From positions 1-64,000 of the forward strand of contig JAKFCT010000030.1 in assembly GCA_036676495.1 (NCBI GenBank): a stretch of DNA of 64,000 nt. The letters run 5' to 3'. Below, piece after piece: positions 27,974 to 37,716 of the stretch; position 1 is the stretch's first letter; each line of letters begins with the position of its first letter. The stretch is from Candidatus Sericytochromatia bacterium. GTDB taxonomy: Bacteria; Cyanobacteriota; Sericytochromatia; S15B-MN24; UBA4093. The notes beneath the pieces are model-generated. The model saw only the letters and a list, made by a program, of their open reading frames with translations. It made no database searches and was not told the origin of the DNA. The translations under genes and the position numbers were made by a program.

Positions 27974-28204
27974 ATGGCGAAACAGCCTGAGAACCAGGGC
28001 GGCATGTCCGTCCGAGAAGCCGGCCGGAAGGGCGGCAACACCGTCAAGCAGAAATACGGCCCGGAGTTCTACTCCGAAATCGGCCAGAAGGGCGGAGAGA
28101 CCGTCCTGCGCGAGCGCGGCCCCGAGTTCTTCTCCGAGATCGGCCACAAGGGCGGTCAAAAGGTGAAGCAGCTCATCGAGGAAGGCAAGCGCCGGACGCA
28201 GTAA
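27974..28204 (+). CDS. KGG-repeat general stress protein
   Basis: MSVREAGRKGG plus two F(Y/F)SEIGxKGG repeats. Confidence 0.9.
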   Translation: MAKQPENQGGMSVREAGRKGGNTVKQKYGPEFYSEIGQKGGETVLRERGPEFFSEIGHKGGQKVKQLIEEGKRRTQ

Positions 28205-28217
28205 GCCTCCAGATCGA

Positions 28218-28247
28218 GAGGCCGGGATCCTCACGGATCCCGGCCTC
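28218..28247 (+). terminator. Hairpin after the KGG cluster
   Basis: GAGGCCGGGATCC-tcac-GGATCCCGGCCTC. Confidence 0.65.
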
Positions 28248-28426
28248 CGATCATGCGCGGAGGCCCCGCGCTCCCCCCGCCCCCCCTTCTGACCTCCGGA
28301 ATCTCCGTAGTCTATACGTCGCTTGGAGGCCAGAAACGGCGTAGACCTGCGGTTCTGAGGATGTTAAAATCTGGTTAGCAACCCTCTCGGGCCCCAGCGG
28401 CCTTGTTTCAAAGGATGCCATACCGC

Positions 28427-30361
28427 ATGTCCACATCCGTCAAGAATCCCGCGGAGGCCGAAGACGCCCCCGAACGTGAGCTGACGCCCCGCGAGCGCGA
28501 GCTCGAGTGGTATCACAACGTCTACCAGGGCGACTCCATGCCCCAGCTCACGGTCCGATCCGTGGTGATGGGCGGCATCCTGGGCGGCTTCATGTCGCTC
28601 TCCAACCTCTACGTGGGACTCAAGACCGGCTGGGGACTCGGCGTCGCCATCACCGCCTGCATCCTCTCCTACGCCATCTGGACCACGCTGCGCAAGATTG
28701 GCCTGGCCAAGACGGACATGTCGATCCTCGAGAACAACGCCATGCAGTCGACGGCCTCGTCGGCGGGCTACTCGACCGGCGGCACCATGGTCAGCGCCAT
28801 CGCCGCCTACCTGTTGGTCACCCAGACCCACATGGAGTTCTGGACCCTGCTCGGCTGGACCTTCTTCCTCGCCATGCTCGGCGTCATGCTGGCCATCCCC
28901 ATGAAGCGCCAGATGATCAACATCGAGCAGCTGCGCTTCCCGTCCGGCACCGCCGCCGCCACCACCCTCAAGAGCCTGCACGCCAAGGGCAAGGACGCCG
29001 TCGCCCAGGCGCGCATGCTCTTCTGGTCGATGGGAGTCGGCGCCGTCGTCGCCTGGTTCCGCGACGGCATGGCCTGGCTCGGTAGCCGCCTCGCCGAACC
29101 GGCCGCCTACAAGGACCTGCCTTTCGTCGGCGTCCCCGCTCCCCTCAAGGGCCTCGTCGACAAGCTGACCATCCCCGCTCAGTTCGAGATCCCCTTCTTC
29201 CGGCTCGCCGGCCAGCCCCTCTCGAAGTGGACCATCTCCTTCGAGGCCTCGCTCATCATGATCGCCGCCGGCGCCATCATGGGCTGGAAGGTCGGCTGGA
29301 GCTTGCTCCTGGGCGCCATCATCAACTTCGGCATCGCCGCGCCTTACGTCTGGGAGCACTTCCCCGGCGCGATCACCTCCCTGAGCTACCGCGGCATCAC
29401 CGGCTGGAGCCTCTGGCTCGGCGCCTCCCTGATGGTCACCTCCGGCCTGACGGCCTTCGCCCTGCAGTGGAAGACCATCGCGCGCGCCCTGATGCCCGCC
29501 AAGGCCGCGGACGGCAAGGCGGAAGCCGATCCGCTGGCCGCCATCGAGGTGCCCAACAGCTGGTTCTGGATCGGCACGGGCATCGCCGCCCTGGGCATCA
29601 TCTCGATCATGCACTTCGCCTTCCACGTCGCTCCCTGGATGAGCGTCCTGGCGGTCATCATGACCTTCTTCCTCTCGCTGGTCGCCTGCCGGGCCACCGG
29701 TGAGACCGATACCACCCCCATCGGCGCGATGGGCAAGATCACCCAGCTCACCTACGGCATGCTCGCGCCCGCGAACATGGTCACCAACCTCATGACCGCC
29801 AGCGTGACCGCCGGCGCCGCGGGCTCCGCCGCCGACCTCCTCACCGACCTCAAGAGCGGCTACCTGCTGGGCGCCAACCCCCGCAAGCAGTTCCTCGCGC
29901 AGTTCGCGGGCATCTTCGTCGGTACCGCCGTGGTCGTCCCGGTCTTCTACGTCCTGGTCCCCACCGCCTCGGTGCTCGGCTCGGACAAGTTCCCGGCGCC
30001 TTCCGCGCAGGTCTGGGCCAGCGTCGCCCAGCTCCTGAGCAACGGCATCTCGAGCCTGCATCCCGCCGCACTCGCCGGCCTGGTCATCGGCGCCGTGGTC
30101 GGCATCATCCTGCCCCTGCTCGAGAAGTTCGCCCCCAAGCCGGTCAAGCCCTTCATCCCGTCGGCCATGGGTCTTGGCCTCGCGTTCGTCATCCCCGCCT
30201 GGAACGCCATCTCGATGTTCCTGGGCGCGCTCATCGCCCTCGTCTGGGAACGCTGGAGCCCCCGGACCGCCGCCCTTTGCATCATCGCGATCGCCTCGGG
30301 CATCATCGCCGGCGAGAGCCTCTTGGGAGTCGCCGTGGCCCTCTTGGGCGTCCTTCCGTAG
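28427..30361 (+). CDS. OPT-family (oligopeptide/YSL-like) transporter
   Basis: QLTVRS, NLYVGLKTGW, LENNAMQSTAS, LRFPSGTA, DLKSGYLLGANPRKQ, SGIIAGES. Confidence 0.95.
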   Translation: MSTSVKNPAEAEDAPERELTPRERELEWYHNVYQGDSMPQLTVRSVVMGGILGGFMSLSNLYVGLKTGWGLGVAITACILSYAIWTTLRKIGLAKTDMSILENNAMQSTASSAGYSTGGTMVSAIAAYLLVTQTHMEFWTLLGWTFFLAMLGVMLAIPMKRQMINIEQLRFPSGTAAATTLKSLHAKGKDAVAQARMLFWSMGVGAVVAWFRDGMAWLGSRLAEPAAYKDLPFVGVPAPLKGLVDKLTIPAQFEIPFFRLAGQPLSKWTISFEASLIMIAAGAIMGWKVGWSLLLGAIINFGIAAPYVWEHFPGAITSLSYRGITGWSLWLGASLMVTSGLTAFALQWKTIARALMPAKAADGKAEADPLAAIEVPNSWFWIGTGIAALGIISIMHFAFHVAPWMSVLAVIMTFFLSLVACRATGETDTTPIGAMGKITQLTYGMLAPANMVTNLMTASVTAGAAGSAADLLTDLKSGYLLGANPRKQFLAQFAGIFVGTAVVVPVFYVLVPTASVLGSDKFPAPSAQVWASVAQLLSNGISSLHPAALAGLVIGAVVGIILPLLEKFAPKPVKPFIPSAMGLGLAFVIPAWNAISMFLGALIALVWERWSPRTAALCIIAIASGIIAGESLLGVAVALLGVLP

Positions 30362-30377
30362 ACGGAAACGTCACCCG

Positions 30378-30421
30378 CAAGACGATGGGGGACGCCCAAG
30401 AGGGCGTCCCCCATCGTCTTG
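30378..30421 (+). terminator. Long perfect hairpin after the OPT gene
   Basis: CAAGACGATGGGGGACGCCC-aaga-GGGCGTCCCCCATCGTCTTG. Confidence 0.8.
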
Positions 30422-30590
30422 CATCGGGCCCCTTGCAGCAGTACCGAACGCTGACTATGCCGCCCGAGAGCAACTAACCCGCACCTCCAGGTGTTGGCCA
30501 GTTCTTTGTTCTGCAAATCCCAGCCGCAAATTATCATCCCAGCATCGCCCCCACGGGGGACGAGCGCATGGGTTTGCCAAGGAGGTTGCG

Positions 30591-31034
30591 ATGAGAGGGA
30601 CGTTTCCGAAAGCGGGCGTGATGGGGCTGCTCGCCCTCAGCATGGTGGGCTGCAGTTCGCCTGCCCCGATCCCGAGTTCACCGGAAGCCCCGCCGTCTTC
30701 GGCGGCGGTGAGCGAGATCCCCCGGCTCACGCTCCCCGATGAGATCGCTCCCGGCGAGATGGTGAAGGGGGAGAACGAGGCCTTCGAGACCCAGCAGCGG
30801 TATCGGAGACCCTGGGTCCGCTGGCGCCGCGCCTACCGCCGGGGCGTCCCGTACTACGTGCCTTACTACTATTACTACTGGTATCCGCGCCCGTATTACC
30901 GACCCTACTATCGGGGCGACGACTGGTACTACTACAGCCGACCCGGCTTCGGGGGTCCCCGCATGCGTTTCCGCCGGGATCGCGACTACGGGGATCGGGA
31001 TTACGGCGACCGGGATTACGGGGATCGCGACTAG
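30591..31034 (+). CDS. Lipoprotein with Tyr/Arg-rich low-complexity C-terminus
   Basis: AAGGAGG RBS; signal ending MVGC; PYYVPYYYYYWYPRPYYRPYY; (RDYGD)x3 tail. Confidence 0.8.
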   Translation: MRGTFPKAGVMGLLALSMVGCSSPAPIPSSPEAPPSSAAVSEIPRLTLPDEIAPGEMVKGENEAFETQQRYRRPWVRWRRAYRRGVPYYVPYYYYYWYPRPYYRPYYRGDDWYYYSRPGFGGPRMRFRRDRDYGDRDYGDRDYGDRD

Positions 31035-31074
31035 CGTCACCACCTGAGGACGCCCCCGCCACGGCGAGAAAGAC

Positions 31075-31110
31075 GAGAGGGCGGGACGCTTCGAAGCGTC
31101 CCGCCCTCTC
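31075..31110. terminator. Bidirectional terminator
   Basis: GAGAGGGCGGGACGCTTCGAAGCGTCCCGCCCTCTC, perfect palindrome between convergent genes. Confidence 0.8.
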
Positions 31111-31119
31111 GCGATCCCC

Positions 31120-32028
31120 TTACTGCTTGAGCTTGGGGTCCAGGGCGTCCCGCAGGCCGTCGCCCACGAAGTTGATGCTCGCGACCGTCAAGAAGATCAA
31201 GATGCCGGGATAGAAGGCCAGCCAGGGCGTCGAGATCATGTACTGCTGGGCGTCGGTGAGCATGTTGCCCCAGGACGGGGTCGGAGGCTGGATGCCGAAG
31301 CCCAGGAAGGAGAGGGCCGACTCCAGCATGATGGCGTCCGCCACGCCCAGGGTGGCCGCGACGAAGATGGGTGCGAGGGCGTTGGGGAGCATATGCCGGA
31401 TCATGATCCAGATCGACGAGGCTCCCTGGGCATGGGAGGCCTCGATGAACTCCTGGTTGCGCAGCGAGAGGAACTCGCCGCGGACCAGACGCGCCACGCC
31501 CATCCAGCTGGTCGCCCCCAGGATCAGCACGATCACCGCCAGGTCCTTGCCGAGGAACTTCATCATGACCATCAAGAGCATGAGGATGGGAATCGACAGG
31601 AAGACGTCGGTCACCCGCATGCCCGCCATATCCACCCACTTGCCGAAGTAACCCGCCAGCCCGCCGATGAGGGTGCCCAGCACGACTCCCAGCAGCGCGA
31701 CCGAGAGGCCCACCGACAGGGAGATGCGCCCCGCGTGCATCAAGCGGGTGAAGATGTCGCGGCCCAGCTCGTCGGTGCCCAGCCAGTGAGCCATCGAGGG
31801 CCACTGCTGGTTCGAGTTGGGAAGGTCGATGCCGTCGAAGGTGTACGGGGAGAGCATCGGCCCCAAAAACGACATGAGAATGAGCAGCAGCAAGGTGAAG
31901 GCCCCGGCCACGGCCATGCGGTGCCGCATGAAGCGACGAAGGACCAGCTTCCAGTAGGGCTGGGCGGGTTCCGCGAACTCCGCGACGGGGCGATCCGCAG
32001 CCGCCGAGGTCGAAACTTGCGTAGACAT
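31120..32028 (-). CDS. oppC: Oligopeptide ABC permease
   Basis: HWLGTDELGRD, EFIEAS, LSFLGFGIQPPTPSWG, GDGLRDALDP. Confidence 0.93.
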   Translation of the reverse strand: MSTQVSTSAAADRPVAEFAEPAQPYWKLVLRRFMRHRMAVAGAFTLLLLILMSFLGPMLSPYTFDGIDLPNSNQQWPSMAHWLGTDELGRDIFTRLMHAGRISLSVGLSVALLGVVLGTLIGGLAGYFGKWVDMAGMRVTDVFLSIPILMLLMVMMKFLGKDLAVIVLILGATSWMGVARLVRGEFLSLRNQEFIEASHAQGASSIWIMIRHMLPNALAPIFVAATLGVADAIMLESALSFLGFGIQPPTPSWGNMLTDAQQYMISTPWLAFYPGILIFLTVASINFVGDGLRDALDPKLKQ

Positions 32029-32075
32029 GGGCCTTCCTTCCTAGAGGAGCCGCAGGCGCTTTCGAGCCGCGGGCG

Positions 32076-33029
32076 CTAGCTGAGTCGGATGCGCGGATCC
32101 AAGAGCGCGTAGATCATGTCCGCCAGCAGGTTTCCGATGACCACCAAGCTTGCGGAAATGGTCAGGATCGCCATCAGGACGGGGTAATCGCTCTTGGTCA
32201 GGGCGTCGAAGAAGAGACGGCCCACTCCCGGCCAGGTGAAGATGGTCTCGGTCATGATGGCGCCCGCGAACAGGGACGGCAGCGACAGGGCCACCACCGT
32301 CACGACCGGGATGAGGCCGTTGCGCAGGCCGTGCTTGACGATGACGGCCCACTCGTCGAGGCCCTTGGCCCGGGCGGTGCGGATGTACTCCTGCCGGACG
32401 ACCTCCAGCATGGAGCTGCGGGTGTAGCGGCTCCACGAGGCGATCTGAAGGATGCTCAGCATGGCCGCGGGAAGGATCAGGTGCGAGAGCACGTTGAGGG
32501 GGTTGCCCTCCTGGCCGAAATCCGCGAGTCCGCCGGCCGGCAGCCATTGCAAGGTCGAGGCGAAGACGATCATCAGCACGATACCGAACCAGAAGGGCGG
32601 CAGCGAGTAGCCGATGAAGGCCAGGGTGGTCACGGTGAAGTCGAACTTCGAGTACTGCTTGATGGCCGAAAGGACGCCGAGGACGACGCCGACCAGCAGC
32701 GAGAAGCTCATGGCCACGGTCATCAGGAGCAGCGTGGCGGGCAGGCGCTCGCCAATCATCTCCATGACCGCACGGCCGGTGAAGAGGGAATGCCCGAAGT
32801 TGAGCTGGACGACCTCCTTCAGCCAGTAGAGATACTGGACGGCCGGGGGCTTGTCGAGGCCCATGGCCTCCTTGATGGCTTGAAGATCCGCGGCGGTGAG
32901 ATGCGGGTTCTCACCGTAGACGGCCAGAGGGCCGCCGGGCGCGAGCTGCATCAGCGAGAAGACCACCGCGGTGATGACGAGAAGGAGAGGAATGGCACCC
33001 AGGAGGCGCCGGATAACGTAGGCTCCCAT
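32076..33029 (-). CDS. oppB: Oligopeptide ABC permease
   Basis: YVIRRLL, GLDKP, EYIRTARAKGL, ETIFTWPGVG, LLDPRIR. Confidence 0.93.
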   Translation of the reverse strand: MGAYVIRRLLGAIPLLLVITAVVFSLMQLAPGGPLAVYGENPHLTAADLQAIKEAMGLDKPPAVQYLYWLKEVVQLNFGHSLFTGRAVMEMIGERLPATLLLMTVAMSFSLLVGVVLGVLSAIKQYSKFDFTVTTLAFIGYSLPPFWFGIVLMIVFASTLQWLPAGGLADFGQEGNPLNVLSHLILPAAMLSILQIASWSRYTRSSMLEVVRQEYIRTARAKGLDEWAVIVKHGLRNGLIPVVTVVALSLPSLFAGAIMTETIFTWPGVGRLFFDALTKSDYPVLMAILTISASLVVIGNLLADMIYALLDPRIRLS

Positions 33030-33032
33030 TGC

Positions 33033-34673
33033 TTACTCCGTCAATTGCCATTCGTGGGCGTTCCAGAAGTTGCCGTTGGCCGAGCCGCTCGGCTTGAAGT
33101 TGAGCAGCTTGGACGAGGCGACGTCCAGGTTGGTCCACCAGAGGAGGGGGATCATGGGGACGTCCTCGGCGAGGATGGCCTGGGCGCGCTGGTAGATGCG
33201 CCGGCGCTCCTCGCGATCGAGGGTGACGAGGCCCGCTTCGAGCATCGCGTCCATCTCCGGGTTGCGCCAGCGCACCGAGTTCTGCCCGTTCGGCGGAATG
33301 GAATTGGAATGCCAGAGGTTGAGGTTGTTGGGATCCACGGGGGAGACCCAGGCGTAGAGCGCCATGTCGAACTTGCCGCCGCGAAGGTGGCCGTCCGGAT
33401 GAGGCCCGAAGAGGATGGCCCCCGGGTAGTTGTCGATCGTGACCTGGATGCCGACTTGCTTCAGGTAATGCTGAACCAAGAGCTCCGTCAACTCGCGGGG
33501 TTTGCGGCCCGCCGTCGTGGAGATCTTGATGGCGAAGCGCTGGCCGTCCTTGACGCGCGTGCCGTCAGGACCGACCTTCCAGCCTGCTTCATCGAGCAGG
33601 CGCTTGGCGAGCTCGGGATCGTACGGGTAGAGGTTCTCCACGGCGGGGTTGTAGTGGTAGTTGAGCGGGCTCTTGTCCGACCAGGCCTCCTGCCAGAGGC
33701 CCTTGAAGATGTACTTGGAGATCTCGGGCTTGTTGATGGCGTGGGCGATCGCCTTCCGGACCCGCTTGTCCTGGAAGTACGGTTTATCCAGGTTCATGTC
33801 GAGGTGCTCGTAGGTGGCCGCCGGGGTCTCGTAGATCGTCACGCCAGGCAAACGCTTCAGGGCCTTGTACTGCGTGATGGCCGCGTGCTGGTAGACGTGA
33901 AGGCCCCCGCTCTTGAGCTGGACGAAGGCGGAGTTCTCGTCAGGGACGAACTTGTAGATGATCCGGTCGATCTTGGGCTTGCCGCGCCAGTAATCCGGGT
34001 TGGCCACCAGCGTGATCGAGTCCCCCGACTTCCAGCTTTCGAACTTGAACGGCCCGGCCCCGACGGGGGCCCGGTTGAACGGATCCTTGTTGAGGTCGGG
34101 CGACTTCTCCAGCAGGTGCTTGGGAAGCAGCTTGTCGTACATCTCGACGTACGGCGCGAAACGCTGCTTGAAGTGGATCCGGACGGTATGCGGGTCCACG
34201 ATCTCGACGCGCGAGACCTTGTTGTAGCCCTCACGGCTGATGACCTTCACCTTGGAGTTCATGTAGACCGACTGCGTGAAGGCCACGTCCTCGGCCGTCA
34301 GCGGATGGCCGTCATGCCAGCGGACTCCCTTGCGCAGCTTGTAGGTGACGACCATCCGGTCGCCATCCAGCTTCACGCCCCCGTTTGCCAGGGTGGGGAC
34401 CTCCTCGGCGAGGTCGGGGAGGTAGTTGAGCTTGTCGTCGTAGGTGACGAGTCCACCCATGAGGGGGGTCAGGACGTTCGTCGACGCCATCATGCTGGAG
34501 ATGGCCTTGTTGAGCGCGTCGGGTTCCTGTTGCTCCTGGACGATGACCGTCCCCCCCTGAATGGGCTTACCAGGGGTCGATGCGACGCGGGGCTCTCCTT
34601 GCGGAGAGCACCCGGTCATCAGTATGGCAGCAACAAAAGCGGAGACGAGATGGTGCTTGGTGGAAGGCTGCAT
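33033..34673 (-). CDS. oppA: Oligopeptide-binding lipoprotein
   Basis: LMTGC lipobox; PDLAEEVPT, WHDGHPLTAEDV, PVGAGPF. Confidence 0.92.
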   Translation of the reverse strand: MQPSTKHHLVSAFVAAILMTGCSPQGEPRVASTPGKPIQGGTVIVQEQQEPDALNKAISSMMASTNVLTPLMGGLVTYDDKLNYLPDLAEEVPTLANGGVKLDGDRMVVTYKLRKGVRWHDGHPLTAEDVAFTQSVYMNSKVKVISREGYNKVSRVEIVDPHTVRIHFKQRFAPYVEMYDKLLPKHLLEKSPDLNKDPFNRAPVGAGPFKFESWKSGDSITLVANPDYWRGKPKIDRIIYKFVPDENSAFVQLKSGGLHVYQHAAITQYKALKRLPGVTIYETPAATYEHLDMNLDKPYFQDKRVRKAIAHAINKPEISKYIFKGLWQEAWSDKSPLNYHYNPAVENLYPYDPELAKRLLDEAGWKVGPDGTRVKDGQRFAIKISTTAGRKPRELTELLVQHYLKQVGIQVTIDNYPGAILFGPHPDGHLRGGKFDMALYAWVSPVDPNNLNLWHSNSIPPNGQNSVRWRNPEMDAMLEAGLVTLDREERRRIYQRAQAILAEDVPMIPLLWWTNLDVASSKLLNFKPSGSANGNFWNAHEWQLTE

Positions 34674-34690
34674 CAATACGTCATCCCCCT

Positions 34691-35722
34691 TTAGGCTTTG
34701 GGGATGGTGGCAGTGACGGTTCCTTGGGTCGACGAGGTCGGAACGAGCTTGTCCACGTGATGGCACGCCACGAAGTGCTCGCCGCCGGTATCGCGCCAGA
34801 TGGGCGCTTCGGCCTTGCAGAGGTCGGTGGCGAAGGGGCAGCGCGTGTGGAACGTGCAGCCGGAAGGAGGGTTTACCGGGCTGGGGATGTCTCCCTGCAG
34901 GATGACCCGCTGCTTCTTCTTGGTGGGATCCGGCTCGGGGACCGCCGACAAGAGCGCCTGGGTGTAAGGGTGCTTGGGGTTGGCGTAGAGCTCGGTGGAG
35001 GAGGCGAGCTCCACCATCCGGCCCAGGTACATGACCGCCACCCGGTCGGAGATGTGCTCGACCGTGGAGAGGTTATGGGCGATGAAGAGATAGGTGAGGC
35101 CGAACTCCTTCTGGAGGTCCTCCAGGAGGTTCAGGACCTGGGCCTGGACCGAGACGTCGAGGGCCGAGACCGGCTCGTCCGCCACGATGAACTTGGGGTT
35201 GATCGCGAGCGCGCGGGCGATCCCGATACGCTGGCGCTGGCCGCCGGAGAACTCGTGGGGGTAGCGCTCAGCATACATGGGATTGAGGCCCACCCGGTCG
35301 AGCAGCTCGCGGACGCGCTTCTCGCGCTCGCCGCGGGTCTTGAAGATCTTGTGGACCAGCAGCGGCTCGGCGATCGAGTCCCCGATCGTCATGCGCGGGT
35401 CCAGCGAGGCGTAAGGGTTCTGGAAGACGATCTGCATCTCGCGACGCAGCTCGCGCATCTCGGAGGCGTTGAGCTTGGTGACGTCGCGGCCCTCGAACTT
35501 GACCTCGCCGGCGGTGGGCTCGATGAGCCGAAGGATCAGGCGTCCGGTGGTGGACTTGCCGCAACCCGACTCACCGACCAGGCCGAGCGTCTCGCCCTTC
35601 CGGACCGTGAAGTTGAGCCCGTCGACCGCCTTCACCGCCCCGACCTGCTTGTTGAAGAGGATGCCGCGATGAATCGGGAAGTGCTTGACGAGGCCCTTGA
35701 CCTCGAGAAGGTTCTGGCTCAT
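34691..35722 (-). CDS. oppF: Oligopeptide ABC ATPase
   Basis: [38 protein letters not shown]. Confidence 0.95.
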   Translation of the reverse strand: MSQNLLEVKGLVKHFPIHRGILFNKQVGAVKAVDGLNFTVRKGETLGLVGESGCGKSTTGRLILRLIEPTAGEVKFEGRDVTKLNASEMRELRREMQIVFQNPYASLDPRMTIGDSIAEPLLVHKIFKTRGEREKRVRELLDRVGLNPMYAERYPHEFSGGQRQRIGIARALAINPKFIVADEPVSALDVSVQAQVLNLLEDLQKEFGLTYLFIAHNLSTVEHISDRVAVMYLGRMVELASSTELYANPKHPYTQALLSAVPEPDPTKKKQRVILQGDIPSPVNPPSGCTFHTRCPFATDLCKAEAPIWRDTGGEHFVACHHVDKLVPTSSTQGTVTATIPKA

Positions 35723-36697
35723 TTACTTGGACTCCTTCGTCAACCAGCAGCGCACGAGGTGGCCTTGTTCGAACGTGTCGAGTGCGGGGACTTCCCGGCA
35801 CTTGGTCATGTAGTGCTTGCAGCGCGGGCCGAACGAGCAGCCCTGGGGCAGCTTGGAGAGGTTCGGGGGCTGTCCTTCGATGGGCTCCAGGCGCGCCTTG
35901 CGCTCGCCGAGTTTGGGAATCGAGTTGAGCAGGCCCTGGGTGTAGGGATGCTTGGGGTTCTTGAAGAGGGTGTGCACGTCGGCGTACTCGACGACCTTGC
36001 CGGCGTACATGACGGCCACGTAGTCGCACATCTCGGCCACCACTCCCATGTCATGGGTGATGAGCACGATGGCGGAGTTGCGCTGGTCGCGAATCTCGCG
36101 CATGAGATCGAGGATCTGGGCCTGGATCGTGACGTCGAGGGCCGTGGTCGGCTCGTCGGCGATCAGCAGGTCGGGCTCGCAGGAGAGGGCCATCGCGATG
36201 ATGGCGCGCTGGCGCATGCCGCCCGAGAACTGGTGGGGATAGTCATCCACCCGCGACTCGGGGCTGGGGATGCCGACGGCCTCGAGCATCTTGATGGCCT
36301 TGGCGCGCGCGGCGGCCTTGTCGAGCTTCTGGTGGAGGATGATGGCCTCCATGATCTGCTCCCCGATGGTCAAAACCGGGTTGAGCGAGGTCATGGGGTC
36401 CTGGGAGATCAAGGCGATGCGGTTGCCGCGAATCTCGCGCATCTCGCTCTCGCTCAGGCCCAGCAGGTTCTTCCCCTGGAAGAGGATCTGGCCTCCGACG
36501 ATCTTGCCCTGAGGCTGGGCCACCAAGCGCATGATGGAGAGCGAGGTGATGCTCTTCCCGCAGCCGGATTCCCCGACGATGCCCAGGATCTGTCCCTTTT
36601 GGACTTCGAAGTCGACCCCATCGACCGCTTTGACGATGCCTTCTTCGGTGGTGAAGTGGGTCTGTAACCCCGAAACCTTGAGCAACGCTTCTGCCAC
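35723..36697 (-). CDS. oppD: Oligopeptide ABC ATPase
   Basis: [41 protein letters not shown]. Confidence 0.95.
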   Translation of the reverse strand: MAEALLKVSGLQTHFTTEEGIVKAVDGVDFEVQKGQILGIVGESGCGKSITSLSIMRLVAQPQGKIVGGQILFQGKNLLGLSESEMREIRGNRIALISQDPMTSLNPVLTIGEQIMEAIILHQKLDKAAARAKAIKMLEAVGIPSPESRVDDYPHQFSGGMRQRAIIAMALSCEPDLLIADEPTTALDVTIQAQILDLMREIRDQRNSAIVLITHDMGVVAEMCDYVAVMYAGKVVEYADVHTLFKNPKHPYTQGLLNSIPKLGERKARLEPIEGQPPNLSKLPQGCSFGPRCKHYMTKCREVPALDTFEQGHLVRCWLTKESK

Positions 36698-36931
36698 GGA
36701 TCCTCCTCAGAACACGCTTATCGCGCTGTGATTCGCGTCCTTTTTCTCGCCGTCTCACGACCCCGCCGCAGGCGCCTCGGCGCCTTTGCGATCACGTTGC
36801 CGACACTTGGCAATTATGTAGCGAAAAAGGGGAAGAATTGCTCTTCCCTCCCGGAAACGTTATCATACTGCCCCCTCCCTGTCCAGTGGAGGCGTGGGTT
36901 TGCGGGCTCCAAGCCCGATAGCGCCGGGACG

Positions 36932-37507
36932 TTATCCTTCCTCCTCGTCATCGTCGAGATCGAAGTATTCGTCCATGGAAAAGGCGGCGGGACGCACGAA
37001 GGTTTCCTCCATGAGCGTCGCTTCCTTGATACGATCGGCGCGGAAGACCCGCATGTCCTCGCGCAGGTGACAGTAGGCCACCATCCAGACCAGATCGCCG
37101 TCCGGCTTGAGCCCGTAGGGGTCGACCCGCCGGGTGGTGAACTCCTCGCGCGTCATCGAGAAGTAGACGATCGTGACCGAACGCTTCTCGGCCACCGCCT
37201 GCTCCAGCACCGGCAGAATCCCCTCGATGGAGTACATCGGCAGCGGATGCGACGAGTCGGCCGTGATCGCCTGGAACGGGTCCACCGTGGCCATCACGAT
37301 GTCGTCGACGATTTCGTCGGTCATGGCCACCAGATCCGCGGGGATCGCGCCGCTGAGCTTGTCCATCAAACCTTCCATGAGCTGCTCTTGCGATTTCCCG
37401 TTGAACTCGATGGCCTCGACCATCTCGTCGAGCAACTTCAAGCCCACCAGGAGCAGCACCGCCTCGTCCATGGAAAGGCGAAGCGGAAGTTTGGAAGGTT
37501 CGGGCAT
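36932..37507 (-). CDS. WYL-domain protein without HTH domain
   Basis: AVAEKRSVTIVY...RRVDPYGL...WMVAYCHLREDMRVFRADRI; N-terminus LRLSMDEAVLL resembles the PafC linker. Confidence 0.85.
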   Translation of the reverse strand: MPEPSKLPLRLSMDEAVLLLVGLKLLDEMVEAIEFNGKSQEQLMEGLMDKLSGAIPADLVAMTDEIVDDIVMATVDPFQAITADSSHPLPMYSIEGILPVLEQAVAEKRSVTIVYFSMTREEFTTRRVDPYGLKPDGDLVWMVAYCHLREDMRVFRADRIKEATLMEETFVRPAAFSMDEYFDLDDDEEEG

Positions 37508-37716
37508 CTGCTTCTCCTCTCGGACGCAAACCAGCACGGGAACAAGATTACGGCCTGGTCCTCACCGGATAGGCTTGATTACCCGGCCATCTTAAGGGGA
37601 CGCTTCCTATCTGTCAAACCGAGCGCCACCCCCGTTCCGCGATAATCGCGAGCGCCCTGCGGGTATGAAGCCCTCGTTCGGAGAAGGTGCATTCCGGCAA
37701 GCCAGAGGACGACACG

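Noticed and set aside
27250-28170. DNA repeats (TTCTACTCGGAxATCGG...AAGGGCGGC) as a CRISPR or non-coding array
   Set aside because: In-frame coding repeats of the KGG proteins with third-position variation
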